Shown piece by piece: positions 10,566-22,100 of a stretch of 64,000 bases of DNA (position 1 is its first letter; each line of letters starts with the position of its first letter). The notes beneath the pieces were generated by a model. It did not search any database. It was not told where the DNA came from and saw only the letters and a program-made list of their open reading frames with translations. This stretch comes from an uncultured Thermoleophilia bacterium. GTDB lineage: Bacteria > Actinomycetota > Thermoleophilia > Gaiellales > Gaiellaceae. The translations under genes and the position numbers were made by a program. Location: assembly GCA_963715115.1 (NCBI GenBank), contig CAVQRE010000004.1, forward strand, positions 4,647 through 68,646. Direction: 5' to 3'.

Positions 10566-13399
10566 GCCGCAACGGCGTTGCGCGCGAGCAGCGCCCGCAG
10601 GAACTGGCCGGTGTACGACTCGGCGACCTGCGCGACGTCCTCGGGCGTACCGACAGCGATCACCTCACCCCCGGCCTCACCACCGTGCGGGCCGAGATCG
10701 ACGATCCAGTCCGCCTGCTTGATCACGTCGAGGTTGTGCTCGATCACGAGCACCGTGTTGCCGTTATCCGCGAGGCGCTGCAGCACGTCGAGCAGCTTCT
10801 CGATATCGGCGAAGTGAAGACCCGTCGTCGGCTCGTCGAGGATGTACAGCGTCTTCCCCGTCGCCACCTTGGACAGCTCCGCTGCGAGCTTGACGCGCTG
10901 CGCCTCGCCGCCCGACAGCGTCGTCGCCGGCTGCCCGAGCGTCATGTAGTCGAGCCCCACATCGTGCAGCGTCTGCAGTCGCCGGCGGATCTTCGGGATC
11001 TTCGCGAAGAACCGCAGCGCCTCTTCGACCGACATCTCGAGAATGTCCGAGATCGTCTTGCCTTTGAACCGCACTTCGAGCGTCTCGCGGTTGTATCGCT
11101 TTCCCTTGCACGTCTCGCATGGCACGTAGACGTCGGGCAGGAAGTGCATCTCGATCTTGATCTGCCCGTCGCCCTTGCAGGTCTCGCAGCGCCCACCCTT
11201 GACGTTGAACGAGAAGCGTCCGGGCTTGTAGCCCCGTACCTTTGCATCGGGTGTGAGCGAGTACAGCTCGCGAATGTGCGTGAACAGATCGGTGTACGTC
11301 GCCGGATTCGACCGCGGTGTGCGACCGATCGGCCGCTGGTCGATCTCGATCACCTTGTCGAAGACGTCGATCCCCTCGACGTCGTCGTGCTTGCCGGGCT
11401 TCACCCGCATGCGATTCAGCCGGTTGGCGAGCGCCTTGTAGACGATCTCGTTGACGAGCGTCGACTTCCCCGACCCGGAGACGCCGGTGACGGCAATGAA
11501 CTTCCCGACCGGGAACTCGACGTCGATCGACTTGAGGTTGTGCTCGGCCGCGCCGCGCACGACGAACCATCCGTTGTCGAGGTCACGACGCTCCGGGACC
11601 GCGATCGCGCGTGTACCGGCGAGGAACTGCCCCGTCACCGACTTCTTGCTGCGCTGCACCTTCGCCGCCGTGCCTTCGGCCACCACGTGGCCGCCGTGCT
11701 CACCGGCGCCCGGCCCCATGTCGACGAGCCAGTCGGCAGTCCGCATCATCTGCTCGTCGTGCTCGACGACGATCACGGTGTTCCCGAGGTCGCGCAGTCG
11801 CTCGAGGGTGCCGATCAGCTTGTCGTTGTCGCGCTGGTGCAGCCCGATCGACGGCTCGTCGAGGATGTAGAGCACGCCGACGAGCTGGCTGCCGATCTGC
11901 GTTGCCAGGCGAAGGCGCTGCGCCTCGCCGCCGGACAGCGTCGCCGACGCGCGATCGAGCTGCAGGTAGCCGACGCCCACGTCGTCGAGGAATGTCAGGC
12001 GCTCGCGGATCTCCTTGACGACCCGATGCCCGATCAGCTCCTCGGTGTCCGTGAGACCTAGCTCGGAGAGGAACTCGAGCGCTCGCGACACCGACTGCCG
12101 CGTGAACTCGTGGATGTTCTTCTCCCCGACCGTCACCGCGAGCACCTCGGGCTTGAGCCTCGCGCCCTTGCAAACCGGGCAGGGACGGAACGACATGTAC
12201 TCCTCGATCCGCTCGCGCTGCGAGCTGGAGTCGGTCTCGCGATACCGCCGCTCGAGCGACGTGATGATCCCCTCAAAGGCGATCATGTACGACCGCCGCC
12301 GCCCCATCCGGTTGCGGTACTGCACGTACACCTTGTCTCCGTCCGTGCCGGAGAGGAAGTACTCCTGCTGCTCGCTCGTCAGCTCTTCCCAGGGCACGTC
12401 GGTCGGGATCTCGTACCGGTCGGCGATCGCCTGGATCACCGCCTCGTAGAAGCCGGAGCCGCCGACCGCCCACGGCACGAGTGCGCCGTCGTCGATCGAC
12501 AGCGTCGGGTCGGGGACGAGCAGATCGGGGTCGATCTCCTGCTGGGCACCGAGCCCGGTGCAGCGCGGACAGGCGCCGTGTGGTGAGTTGAACGAGAAGA
12601 CACGCGGCTGCAGTTCCGGCAGCGAGACGCCGTGCTCCGGGCACGCGAACTTCTCGCTGTAGGTCCGCGTCTCACCGGTGTCGACGAGATCGATCACCAC
12701 CAGCCCCTCGGCGAGCGCGATCGCGGTCTCGACCGACTGCGTGAGCCGTGTGCGCAGATCGTCCTTCATCACGAGCCGGTCGACGACGACCTCGATCGTG
12801 TGCTTGAACTTCTTGTCGAGCGTCGGAGGCTCGTCGAGCGTGTGCTGCTCGCCGTCGACCTTCACGCGTGAGAAGCCCTCGTTGCGAAGCTGTTCGAACA
12901 GATCGCGGTACTCACCCTTGCGGTCGCGTACGACCGGCGCGTTGACCGCGAACCGCGTGGCCGGCGGAAGGGCGAGGATCTGCTCGACGATCGAGTCGAT
13001 CGACTGGCCGGCGATCGGACGTCCGCAGATCGGGCAGTGCGGGCGGCCGACGCGTGCGTAGAGCAGCCGCAGGTAGTCGTAGATCTCGGTCACAGTGCCG
13101 ACCGTCGAGCGGGGGTTCCGCGACGTCGTCTTCTGGTCGATCGAGATTGCCGGACTGAGCCCGTCGATCGAGTCGACATCCGGCTTCTCCATCATCTGCA
13201 GGAACTGGCGCGCGTACGCGCTCAGGCTCTCGACGTAGCGCCGCTGTCCCTCGGCGTAGATCGTGTCGAAGGCAAGGCTCGACTTCCCGGAGCCGGAGAG
13301 CCCGGTGATGCAGATCAAGGCGTTCCGCGGGAGCCGGACGGTGATGTCCTTGAGGTTGTGCTCCCGGGCGCCGTGGACGACGAGTTCGTCGGCAGCCAT
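10562..13399 (-). CDS. uvrA: excinuclease ABC subunit A
   Basis: Intact 945-aa ORF with two ABC ATPase modules ([24 protein letters not shown]), LSGGEAQR signatures and Zn-finger CxxC pairs. Confidence 0.97.
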   Translation of the reverse strand: MAADELVVHGAREHNLKDITVRLPRNALICITGLSGSGKSSLAFDTIYAEGQRRYVESLSAYARQFLQMMEKPDVDSIDGLSPAISIDQKTTSRNPRSTVGTVTEIYDYLRLLYARVGRPHCPICGRPIAGQSIDSIVEQILALPPATRFAVNAPVVRDRKGEYRDLFEQLRNEGFSRVKVDGEQHTLDEPPTLDKKFKHTIEVVVDRLVMKDDLRTRLTQSVETAIALAEGLVVIDLVDTGETRTYSEKFACPEHGVSLPELQPRVFSFNSPHGACPRCTGLGAQQEIDPDLLVPDPTLSIDDGALVPWAVGGSGFYEAVIQAIADRYEIPTDVPWEELTSEQQEYFLSGTDGDKVYVQYRNRMGRRRSYMIAFEGIITSLERRYRETDSSSQRERIEEYMSFRPCPVCKGARLKPEVLAVTVGEKNIHEFTRQSVSRALEFLSELGLTDTEELIGHRVVKEIRERLTFLDDVGVGYLQLDRASATLSGGEAQRLRLATQIGSQLVGVLYILDEPSIGLHQRDNDKLIGTLERLRDLGNTVIVVEHDEQMMRTADWLVDMGPGAGEHGGHVVAEGTAAKVQRSKKSVTGQFLAGTRAIAVPERRDLDNGWFVVRGAAEHNLKSIDVEFPVGKFIAVTGVSGSGKSTLVNEIVYKALANRLNRMRVKPGKHDDVEGIDVFDKVIEIDQRPIGRTPRSNPATYTDLFTHIRELYSLTPDAKVRGYKPGRFSFNVKGGRCETCKGDGQIKIEMHFLPDVYVPCETCKGKRYNRETLEVRFKGKTISDILEMSVEEALRFFAKIPKIRRRLQTLHDVGLDYMTLGQPATTLSGGEAQRVKLAAELSKVATGKTLYILDEPTTGLHFADIEKLLDVLQRLADNGNTVLVIEHNLDVIKQADWIVDLGPHGGEAGGEVIAVGTPEDVAQVAESYTGQFLRALLARNAVAA

Positions 13400-13434
13400 G
13401 GGACGGCCATTGTATCTCCCGAACGTATGTTCGT

Positions 13435-13950
13435 CTAGGCCGGCAGCGCTTCCCGAAAGATCTCGTACATGCGGTCGCCGAAGAGCACGAAGCGCACGAG
13501 GTCGAGGTCGTGACCGCGCACGGCTTCCACAGCAACCGGGGCCGCGAGCTCAGGCGGATACCCGTAGATTCCGCACGAGATCGCCGGAAAGGCGACCGAG
13601 CGCGCGCCCAGCTCGGCTGCCACCGCGAGCGAGCGCCGGTAGCAGGACGCGAGCAGGTCGGCCTCCCGCGCCCCACCGCCGCGCCACACGGGCCCGACGG
13701 TGTGGATCACCCAACGCGCGGGCAGTTCCCCGGCGGTCGTCGCCTTCGCGTCGCCGGTGTCGCACCCGCCGAGCAACCGGCACTCCGCGAGGATCTCCGG
13801 GCCACCGGCCCGGTGGATCGCTCCATCCACGCCGCCGCCGCCGAGCAGCGTGCTGTTCGCGGCGTTGACGACAGCATCGACGTCCTGCGTCGTGATGTCG
13901 CCGCGGACGACCTCGATCAAGCTCTGCTTCGACAGCCGAGCCCCCTCCAT
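13435..13950 (-). CDS. macro-domain protein (O-acetyl-ADP-ribose deacetylase, YmdB-like)
   Basis: [33 protein letters not shown] and [15 protein letters not shown] motifs in an intact 171-aa ORF. Confidence 0.9.
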   Translation of the reverse strand: MEGARLSKQSLIEVVRGDITTQDVDAVVNAANSTLLGGGGVDGAIHRAGGPEILAECRLLGGCDTGDAKATTAGELPARWVIHTVGPVWRGGGAREADLLASCYRRSLAVAAELGARSVAFPAISCGIYGYPPELAAPVAVEAVRGHDLDLVRFVLFGDRMYEIFREALPA

Positions 13951-14062
13951 GTCTCGACTTCAGCGTATGCCAGTTCGAGGTCGTCCGCGCTACCGCGGTC
14001 GGAGACCAGTCTCGACCGGGCCGCTAACAGCCGCCTAACACGCGCTGCGTCTCAGGCATCTC

Positions 14063-14302
14063 TCAGGCCTTGCGCCAGCGGCCGAAGACCAGACCGCCGA
14101 GGGTGAACCCGAGCCCGAAGGTGCCGACCGAGAAGCCGCCGATCGCGACCGCCTTGCGCCAGGCGGAGAGACGCTGCCACCGCCCGAGTGCCTCACGTTC
14201 CTCCTCGGTCAGCGGCTCGCCGCGGCGCTGCTTACGCAGCGCGCCGCCGGCCCGGAGCCCGAGATACAGGTCGTCGAAGATCTCCGACTGGTCGTCGGCC
14301 AT
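14063..14302 (-). CDS. small hypothetical membrane protein
   Basis: Internal ATG (MADDQSEIF...) with a C-terminal TM segment (AVAIGGFSVGTFGLGFTLGGLVFG). The upstream part of the listed ORF overlaps the divergent gene and looks non-coding. Confidence 0.35.
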   Translation of the reverse strand: MADDQSEIFDDLYLGLRAGGALRKQRRGEPLTEEEREALGRWQRLSAWRKAVAIGGFSVGTFGLGFTLGGLVFGRWRKA

Positions 14303-14330
14303 CGCACTCACTGTATAGCCTGCTTCGCCG

Positions 14331-15119
14331 GTGGTTACGCGCATCCTGCACGTCTCCGATCTCCACATCGGCGCGCGTGACGATCCGGTCGTCGAGCAGG
14401 GCCTCGTCTCACTCGTCGAACGGGTCGAGCCCGACCTGATCGTGGCCAGCGGTGACCTCACCCACCGGGGCCGGCGTGCTCAGCACGAGGAGGCCGCCGC
14501 TCTGCTGCGCTCACTAGGCCCACTGGTCCTCGCAGTGCCCGGCAACCACGACATCCCGTACTCGTTTCCGGCTCGCTTGACGGCCCCGTGGCAGGAGTTC
14601 GAGCGCCAGTGGCAGACGACGGAGCCCGTCCTCGACGCCGACGGCGCGCTCGTCGTCGGGGTCAACTCCGTGCGGCCGTGGCACAACCAGTCGGGAGGGA
14701 TCACGACCGCACAACTCGATCGCGCGCAGGAGAGGCTGCGCGCTGCTGCAGCCGGCTCGTTGCGGATGGTCGTTCTCCACCACCAGTTGATTGGCCCTCC
14801 GTGGCGGACGCGAAAGCGCGCGCTCGCCCGGAGAGACGCGGTGCTCGGAGGGCTGACGGCCGCGGGCGCCGAGCTGATCGTCGGCGGGCACGTCCACCAG
14901 GGCGCCGTTACCGAGCGTCACGAGTTCGAGGTGACCGACGACGCGGCGGCTGTGGTCGTGACGACCGCACCCGGCCTCGGACAGCCTCGCCCGCACCGGC
15001 TCGGAGAGGCCCGCGGCGCGCTCGTCTACCGCGTCAACGCGTCGTCGATTGCAGTCGACACGTACATCTGGCTCGCAGACGACTGGAAGCTCACGGCTGC
15101 GCGGACGTTCCCGCGCTAG
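14331..15119 (+). CDS. calcineurin-like metallophosphoesterase
   Basis: ILHVSDLHIG, ASGDLTHRG, VPGNHD and GGHVHQG metal-binding motifs; GTG start. Confidence 0.85.
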   Translation: MVTRILHVSDLHIGARDDPVVEQGLVSLVERVEPDLIVASGDLTHRGRRAQHEEAAALLRSLGPLVLAVPGNHDIPYSFPARLTAPWQEFERQWQTTEPVLDADGALVVGVNSVRPWHNQSGGITTAQLDRAQERLRAAAAGSLRMVVLHHQLIGPPWRTRKRALARRDAVLGGLTAAGAELIVGGHVHQGAVTERHEFEVTDDAAAVVVTTAPGLGQPRPHRLGEARGALVYRVNASSIAVDTYIWLADDWKLTAARTFPR

Positions 15120-15355
15120 GTCGCGCCGTGCGAGCGTGACGCCATCACCCGGCCGTACACAGCAGTGAGAACGACCGCGATGATCACGCCGAGCACGAAC
15201 CGCCAAAAGCCGTGCGCGACGATACCGCCGATGATCAGCGACACGATGCCGAGCAGGATCGTCACGATCCAGCCCATCGGGTCGACGCCCGGGTGGAACA
15301 GCCTCCCGAGGGCACCGACGATCGCACCCACGATGATCAGCCACAGCCATGACAT
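15116..15355 (-). CDS. GlsB/YeaQ/YmgE family stress-response membrane protein
   Basis: The 79-aa ORF begins WLWLIIVGAIVGALGRL... and has the three-TM pattern typical of the transglycosylase-associated family. Confidence 0.8.
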   Translation of the reverse strand: MSWLWLIIVGAIVGALGRLFHPGVDPMGWIVTILLGIVSLIIGGIVAHGFWRFVLGVIIAVVLTAVYGRVMASRSHGAT

Positions 15356-15373
15356 GCCCGGAGTATTACCCGA

Positions 15374-15859
15374 TCAAGACCGAGTTGACTCGCGCTCGAG
15401 CTGAGCGCGCTTCACCGCAAGCTCGTCGTCGTCGAGCAGTCCGGCGCGATGGAGCTCCTCGAGGGCGGCGGCGAGCCGTGCGTGCTCGATCAGCTGCGGA
15501 TCGGGCCGGAGCTGGTCAGGGTCAACCCCCAGCTTCTGTAGCCGAGTCCGCTGCTCGTCGACGCCGAGACCCGTCTTCGGAAACGTGAGCGCTCCCGGTC
15601 CAAACAGTGGCCGTCTCTGCACGAAATGCCGGTACGACGCGACGAGCGCGATCGCCACGCCGAAGGAGAGGAACGAGATCACGTAGGCGTTGTCGTTCGA
15701 GATCGCCTTCCCGACGACGGCGCCGACGATCGAGCCGGTGAGGCCGATCGCGAGCGTCAGCCAGACAGGCATCGGATCCGGGCCGGGGATGGCGAACCGC
15801 GCGAGCGCTCCGGTGAAGAACCCCGAGATCAGGATCGCGAGCACCAGCCCCAACGTCAC
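15374..15859 (-). CDS. GlsB/YeaQ-like membrane domain fused to a SHOCT-like C-terminal helix pair
   Basis: The N-terminus ([22 protein letters not shown]) resembles the neighbouring paralog. The C-terminal [22 protein letters not shown] matches the SHOCT motif. Confidence 0.6.
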   Translation of the reverse strand: MTLGLVLAILISGFFTGALARFAIPGPDPMPVWLTLAIGLTGSIVGAVVGKAISNDNAYVISFLSFGVAIALVASYRHFVQRRPLFGPGALTFPKTGLGVDEQRTRLQKLGVDPDQLRPDPQLIEHARLAAALEELHRAGLLDDDELAVKRAQLERESTRS

Positions 15860-17862
15860 GCAGGCGTCTCCGCGAGCGCGTTCAGGTCGCGCCTCAGTTC
15901 CTTGAGCTCGTCACGCAGCTTCGCCGCATACTCGAACCGCAGCTCTTCAGCCGCCTGGAACATCTCCTCTTCGAGCGTGATCACGAGACGCTCGAGCTCC
16001 TCGCGCGACATCCCCTCGACCTTCGCGCCGCCGCGACGGCGTCGCGACGACGGCACGTGCGGCTGCTCGAGTGCGAGGAACTCCGCGATGTCCGACACGC
16101 CTTTCACGACCGAGATCGGCTTCGTCCCGTGGTCCTCGTTGTAGGCGAGCTGGGTCGTGCGGCGCCGGTTCGTCTCGTCGAGCGCTCCCTTGATCGCCTC
16201 GGTCATCTTGTCCGCGTACATCAGGACGCGGCCGTTGACGTGGCGTGCGGCCCGGCCGATCGTCTGCACGAGTGCAGTGCGGCCGCGCAGGAAGCCCTCC
16301 TTGTCGGCGTCGAGGATCGCAACCAGGGACACCTCGGGCAGGTCGAGACCTTCCCGCAGAAGGTTCACGCCGACGAGCACGTCGTACTCGCCGAGTCGCA
16401 GCTCGCGGATGATCTGGATGCGCTCGAGCGTGTCGATCTCCGAATGCAGATAGCGCGCCTTCACACCCGCCTCAAGGAGGTAGTCGGTCAGATCCTCGGA
16501 CATCTTCTTGGTCAGCGTCGTCACGAGAACGCGCTCACCGACCTCCTCGCGCCGGCGGATCTCGTTGAGCAGGTCGTCGATCTGGTTCTTGGTCGGCCGC
16601 AGCTCGACCTCCGGATCGACCAGGTAAGTCGGGCGAATCAGTTGCTCGGCGACCCGCGAGCTCTGGCGGAGCTCCCAGGCGCCCGGCGTCGCGGAGACGA
16701 ACACCATCTGCGGCACCTTCTGCAGGAACTCGTCGAACCGAAGCGGCCGGTTGTCGAGGGCCGACGGCAGACGAAAGCCGTAGTCGACGAGCGTCTGCTT
16801 CCGCGAGCGGTCACCCTCGTACATCCCGCCTATCTGGGGGACGGTCTGATGCGACTCGTCGACGAAGATCACGAAGTCGTCAGGGAAGTAGTCGAGCAGC
16901 GTGAACGGGTGCGAGCCGGCGGGCCGACCCTCGAGGATCCGCGAGTAGTTCTCGATGCCCGAGCAGAAGCCGAGCTCCTGCAATAGCTCGAGGTCGTACT
17001 CGGTGCGCTGACGAATGCGGTGCGCTTCGAGTAGACGCCCGTCCTTCTCGAACGCCGCGACCTGCTGCTCGAGCTCGCCGCGGATCTCCGACACGGCGCG
17101 CTCGATCGTCGGTTTCGACGTCACGTACTCGGTCGCCGGCCAGATCGCGAGGTTGTCGAGCTTGGAGTAGACCTCGCCGGCGAGCGGGTCGAAGTGCGTG
17201 ATCTGCTCCACCTCGTCGCCGAAGAACGAGATGCGGTAGGCCGTCTCGGCGTTCGCCGGTTGCACCTCGAGGATGTCGCCCTTCACGCGGAACCGCCCGC
17301 GGCCGAGGATCGCGTCGTTGCGGACGTACTGCGATTCGATCAGCTTGCGCAACACGGCGTCGCGGTCGTGCTCCGCCCCGACCTCGAGGTAGAGCAACCT
17401 GTCGCGCCATTCCTCCGGCGACCCGAGCCCGTAGATGCACGACACCGAGGCGACGACCACGACGTCGCGTCGCGTGAAGAGCGACGACGTCGCGGCCAGC
17501 CGGAGCCGCGCGATGTCGTCGTTCTGCGAGGAGTCCTTCTCGATGTAGAGGTCGGCCTGTGGGACGTACGCCTCGGGTTGGTAGTAGTCGTAGTACGACA
17601 CGAAGTACTCGACGGCGTTTTCGGGAAGAACTCGCGGAACTCGTTACAGAGCTGCGCCGCCAGCGTCTTGTTGTGTGCGACCACGAGCGCCGGTTTCTGC
17701 ACCTGCTCGATGATCCAGGCCATCGTCGCCGTCTTGCCGGTGCCGGTCGCACCGAGCAGCGTCTGGTAGTGCTCGCCGGCGCGCAGGCCGGAGCGATCGT
17801 CTCGATCGCGACGGCTGGTCGCCCGTCGGCGAGTACGACGCTGATGTCTGCAGCGGCGGCAC
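15856..17862 (-). CDS. uvrB: excinuclease ABC subunit B; N-terminal 170 aa broken into 3-4 frames
   Basis: The intact 581-aa C-terminal part starts [10 protein letters not shown] and ends in the UVR domain ([20 protein letters not shown]). Upstream pieces read [46 protein letters not shown]. Confidence 0.9.
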
Positions 17863-17882
17863 GCCCGAAGGGTACTGAGAGG

Positions 17883-19800
17883 TTAGTGCGCGGCCGCGAG
17901 CCGTGACCGGGCGAGTCGGACCAGATCATCCAAGGGGCGGCAGAGCGTGCACGTGTACGTGCGAACGGTTCCATCGCGCGAGGTGACCACGACGCGATAG
18001 CCGGCGGGAGACCAGCTCGGCGTCGGTCAGCAAGTCCGTCGGACCCCGGAGATAGAACAGCCTCGCACCCGTCGCCGCATTCCAGATTGCGGCGCTCGCC
18101 GGGCCTGCGGTGACGATCCAGCGTCCGTCCGCACTGAACGACGCAGCGGCAACGGTGCCCGCATGGCCGATGAGCACGTTTTCGAGTCGACGGTGGTCGA
18201 TGTCCCACTCGATCGCGTTCCTGACGGGTCCCTCCGATGTCGTTACGGCGGTCTGCCCCGATGGGGCGAAACGAGCCGACCTGACCGCACGCGGATGACT
18301 GCCGAGACGGCCCAGCGGCTTGCCGTCCGTCGACCACAGACGAACTGCGCCATCGCTTCCTCCGGTCAGCACGAGCTCACCGTTCGGCGAGATCGCCAGG
18401 CAGGTCACGCCGGGACCAACGACGAATCCCGCCCGCGAGGTCGGCCGGATCCGGTGTCCCAGACGTGAACATGGCCGCCAGTCACCGCGGCGACCTCTCG
18501 GCCGTCGGAGGTGAGCGCCAACGCCTGGACGGCCGCCGGTGCGCCGGTCATCGCTCTGGCGCTTCCCGAGGACGGGTCTGTGATCAGCACCGAGGTGCCG
18601 CGCGCCGTGGCGACCAGGCCGCCGCCGAAGGCGACAGGCCCGCCGTTGGCGAAGCCGCCGACGACGCGGCCACCCGGGACGAGCCGGAGCTTCCCACCGC
18701 TCGCCTCGACGATCGTGGTCCCTGCGAATCCTGCTGCTGCGATGGGCACCTGCTCGTCAGCCGCAACCGGCAGGGTTTGCTCGAGTCGCGTGTCCCAGAG
18801 GCGCGCCGTCCCGTCAGCACTGCCGGTGACGAGCCTTGCGCCGCCCGGCACATAGGCGGACGCGAGGTAGGCGCTGCTTCCACCGGCGAGGACGGCGGCT
18901 GACACGCCGGCCTCGATACCGGCGACCTCGAAGATGCGCGACGTGCCGTCATCGCTCGTGCTGACGACGGACGCCCCGTTTGGATCGAACCGCACCGACG
19001 TCACTGGCCCGACGTGCCCGGTGAAGTAGAACAACCTGCCCTCGCCGTGGAGCCCCCATACGCGAACGCCGTCGTCGTCGCTGCCGGTCGCCAGTTGCGA
19101 ACCGTCGGGGCTGAAGGCAACCGACGTGATCGAGCCACCCCCGTCGTCGAACGTCTTCACGACGTGACCGCTGTGAGCCGCCCACACGACAGTCGACCCC
19201 AGCGCGCTTCCGGTCGCGAGCAGCGACCCGTCCAACGAGAACGAGACAGCCTGCGTGCCGACCAAGGGCAGGCTGCGAACCAGCCGGCCCGTCGCGGAGT
19301 ACACCACGGGCGAAAGGTTTCCCTTCCCGTCGCCGCCGATCGCAGCGATCGAGCAGCGGCCGTCAGAACTGACGGCGACCCGCACGTCGAAGCGGCTGTG
19401 GGGAAAGCGACGCAGTAGTCGCCCGTCGGCGACAGGCCAACCATGCGCGAAGCCCTGCAGCCGATGCTGTGAGAACATCGCGCCCGCCGTTCGCGAAGAC
19501 GGCGTCGGCCGCGTGTGGGAGGTGAACCTCAGCGCGGCCGGAGCGCACGTCCCACACCGTCGTTGCCACACCTCCGGCGGTGAGCAGACTCGAACCGGTC
19601 GCGTCGTAGTGCACTACTTGTGTTGCGGGGCCACTATCGAGCACTCGGGCCTGCCCCGAGCTGAGATTCCAGATCACCGTGCCGCGACCACCGGATGCCG
19701 CGAGGGCCGCATGGCGTCCGTCGGGTGAGATCGCAACGTCGACGACGCGCCCTCCGACATGTGCAACCTTCCGAAGCCGTGAGGCGAGGAGGACGTCAGG
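17883..19800 (-). repeat. WD40 beta-propeller repeat region of gene B
   Basis: A recurrent 40-45-aa periodicity with motifs of the type V.SVAFSPDG..LAT.S.DGT.R.W, in four successive frames. Confidence 0.75.
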
Positions 19801-21262
19801 ACGTCCTCGGTTTGTTGGTCCGGCCTCAGCCGGGCCGCGTCGAGAGCCATCGCCAGGCTTGCCTGCGGATCCGAGGTCTGACCGAGCAGCGCCTGCGCGC
19901 TCAACTCGCCGGCACGCGCACGACGCGCCTGATCCCGCGCTTCATGTCGCTGCGCCACTGCGAAGATCGCGATCGCGCTGACGACGACGAGCGCGAGCAG
20001 AGCGGCCGCTGCCAGAACGATCAGCCGCTGCTGCCTTCTTCGAGCCCGCGCCCGCTCGGCCGCCAGCTGGTGGCGCCCCCGCCAGCCGACCACGGCCGCG
20101 CCAAGCACGTCGTGGAAGATCTCGTAGCGGTCGCCGCCACCGCCGCCCTCGTCGAGCGGCCGCACGATCCGCTCCCGCCCGAGGACGGCGAGCATCGTCG
20201 CCGCCTCGACCTCCGGAACGTGCGCGAACTGCGCGAGATCGGTGACCCGATGGGCGATCTTCGTCCCCGACGGCGTCACCAGGTGGTCGAACATGAGCGC
20301 GGCCGCGTTCTGCTCGCGCTCGTCGAGCACCGACATGGCGCGGTCGAGGTGCTCGCGGACGATCGCCCCCGCACCACCCAGCTCGGCGAGTGTCGAGGCG
20401 CGCAGCACGCGCGAGCCGCGCTCGCTTTCCTCGTTCCACAGACGTTCGAGCACGAGCTGCAGGTACGGCGGCTGGATCCGGTCGGGCTCACCCGCGACCG
20501 CCGCTTGCGCGAGCACTGCGTCGACGAGCGCCGGCTCTATCTCGACGCGCTGCTCGGCCGGCACGAGCTCGTTCCAGCGCTTGACCGGACCGACGATCGC
20601 AGCCGTCGCAGCCGCCCGATCGAGCCGGTCGAGCCGCAGGTTGTTCGCGAAGAGGTTCGGGAGGCGCGCCTTGAAGACGTCGAGCTGCGCGAGCGCGTCG
20701 TCGCGCAGCGAGAGCAGCACATTCGCGCGCAGGCGCGTGCGCTGCACCACCTCCGGGAGCTCGTGGTCGAGCGTTCCCGGCCCACCGCCCTCGTGGTACA
20801 CGAAGTACTCCTCGAGCTGGTCGAGGACGAGGTAGAGGCTTCCGTCGAGCACGCTCGTCCAGTGCTCGACGACATCGACGAGCGGCGTTCCCGGCACGGG
20901 CCGTGCCACCGGACGCTTGACCAGGGACGTGACCTCGTCGGCAATCGCCTCGGCGAGGTCTCGCGACCGGATCGTCGGCCCAGGAGGCGAACACGATCGC
21001 GGCGCCGTCCGGCCCGCGTCCGATGGCGCGGTGTCCCCCCAGCTCGCGTACACGTCGCGCCACCCCCGCGCGAAGGAGCGGAGCTCTTCGCCACACCGCT
21101 CGGCCCGTACAGGATCGTCAATCTCGCTGCGAGCAGATTCGCGACCGCGATCTCGGTCTCGCGCTCACGCCCGAAGAACAGCAGCGCGTCGAGCTCCGAC
21201 TCTCCGAACGGCGCTAGCCCACGGAACGGCGCGGCGAGCGGCGAGACACTCGTCGTGGTCAC
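17883..21262 (-). CDS. nSTAND1-type P-loop NTPase + hydrophobic helix + about 14 WD40 repeats (gene B of candidate system); about 7 frame breaks
   Basis: The GTG at 21262 overlaps the stop of the upstream ORF (GTGA). The sequence reads FRGLAPFGESELDALLFFGRERE, then Walker A-like GPSGVAKSSLLRAG, then Walker B LYLVLDQLEE. It continues with a winged-helix-like region, the helix LIVLAAAALLALVVVSAIAIFAV, and WD40 blades (SPDG..., LATGSDDDGVRVW, TGSADGTARLWD). The tail is TYTCTLCRPLDDLVRLARSRL, ending TAA at 17883-17885. Confidence 0.75.
19956..20024 (-). other. hydrophobic (predicted transmembrane) helix between the NTPase and WD40 modules
   Basis: RRRQQR-LIVLAAAALLALVVVSAIAIFAV-AQRHEARDQ: 23 uncharged residues flanked by Arg-rich segments. 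Confidence 0.6.
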
Positions 21263-22100
21263 GCCGCCCACCCCTCCGGGGCTCCGACGCTCCCGGCAAG
21301 CCCTTCGACGTACAGCTCGAGCGGCGTCTCCGCGAGCTCGACGTCGAGCCGCCGCCAGAGCTCGCGCTCGGCCGGCCCCGGCTTGGGGTGCACCGCCCAG
21401 GAGCGGTACGCCACCGGCTCGTCGCCCCACATTCGTCCGAGTACCAGCCGGAGGTGCCAGTCGCGCACCGTGTACCCGAGAAACAGGAAGTGGCTACGGC
21501 GAAGCGTCGCCGCGAGACCGACCGGGACTGCACTCGCCACGTCCGCGCGCACGAGGTAGTCGATGTAGTCGTCCTCGGTGACGACGAAGCTGTCGGAGCC
21601 GTCGGCGCCCGGGTCAAGCTGGCCGCGGATCTTGAGGATCACCGTGCGCCGGTCGAGCGAGAGCTCGGTCGCATACGTATTCGGGACCTCGATCACCCGA
21701 GCGGTCTCGTCAGGTGAGCGGTGGAGAACTTGCCGCGATCTCGCCCGGACGCGATGTAGGAGACGACGTCGACCTCTTCGCCCGCGTCGGCGAAGGCACG
21801 CTCGAGCGCCGACCCGTACGACGTTGTCACGAGCAGCTGATGTGGCGAACCGGCCGCGCGGAGCACCGGCGGAAGCGATGCGAAGAAGCGGTGGACGGCG
21901 CCCGGCCCGCTGTCGTTCCCCTGACCGCCTCGCGCAGCTCGTCGTAGAGCGGCCCGTACCCGCGCATCGTCGCCACGTACTGCGAGACGCGCGGCAATTC
22001 CGGCGGCTCGCTGCGTGGATAGTGGAAACGCTCGGCGAGGTGCGCGGCGAGACTCTCGGCGTCCTCGCCGAGGACCGGCACGACACGACCTCCGAGGATC
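21259..22100 (-). other. SIR2_2-like domain lacking canonical NAD-site residues
   Basis: GEDAE (22055-22069) replaces GAGxS, TTSYG (21813-21827) replaces TTNYD, and KIRGQ (21619-21633) replaces KLHGS. Confidence 0.6.

Noticed and set aside
10685-12061. A 458-aa plus-strand ORF inside uvrA
   Set aside because: It is antisense to an intact, unmistakable uvrA. The Arg/Leu/Asp-rich composition and absence of stops are the usual shadow-ORF effect in about 70% GC DNA.
19695-21581. A 628-aa plus-strand ORF across the STAND/WD40 locus
   Set aside because: The sequence is Arg-rich and low-complexity, and it lies antisense to frames carrying clear NTPase and WD40 motifs.
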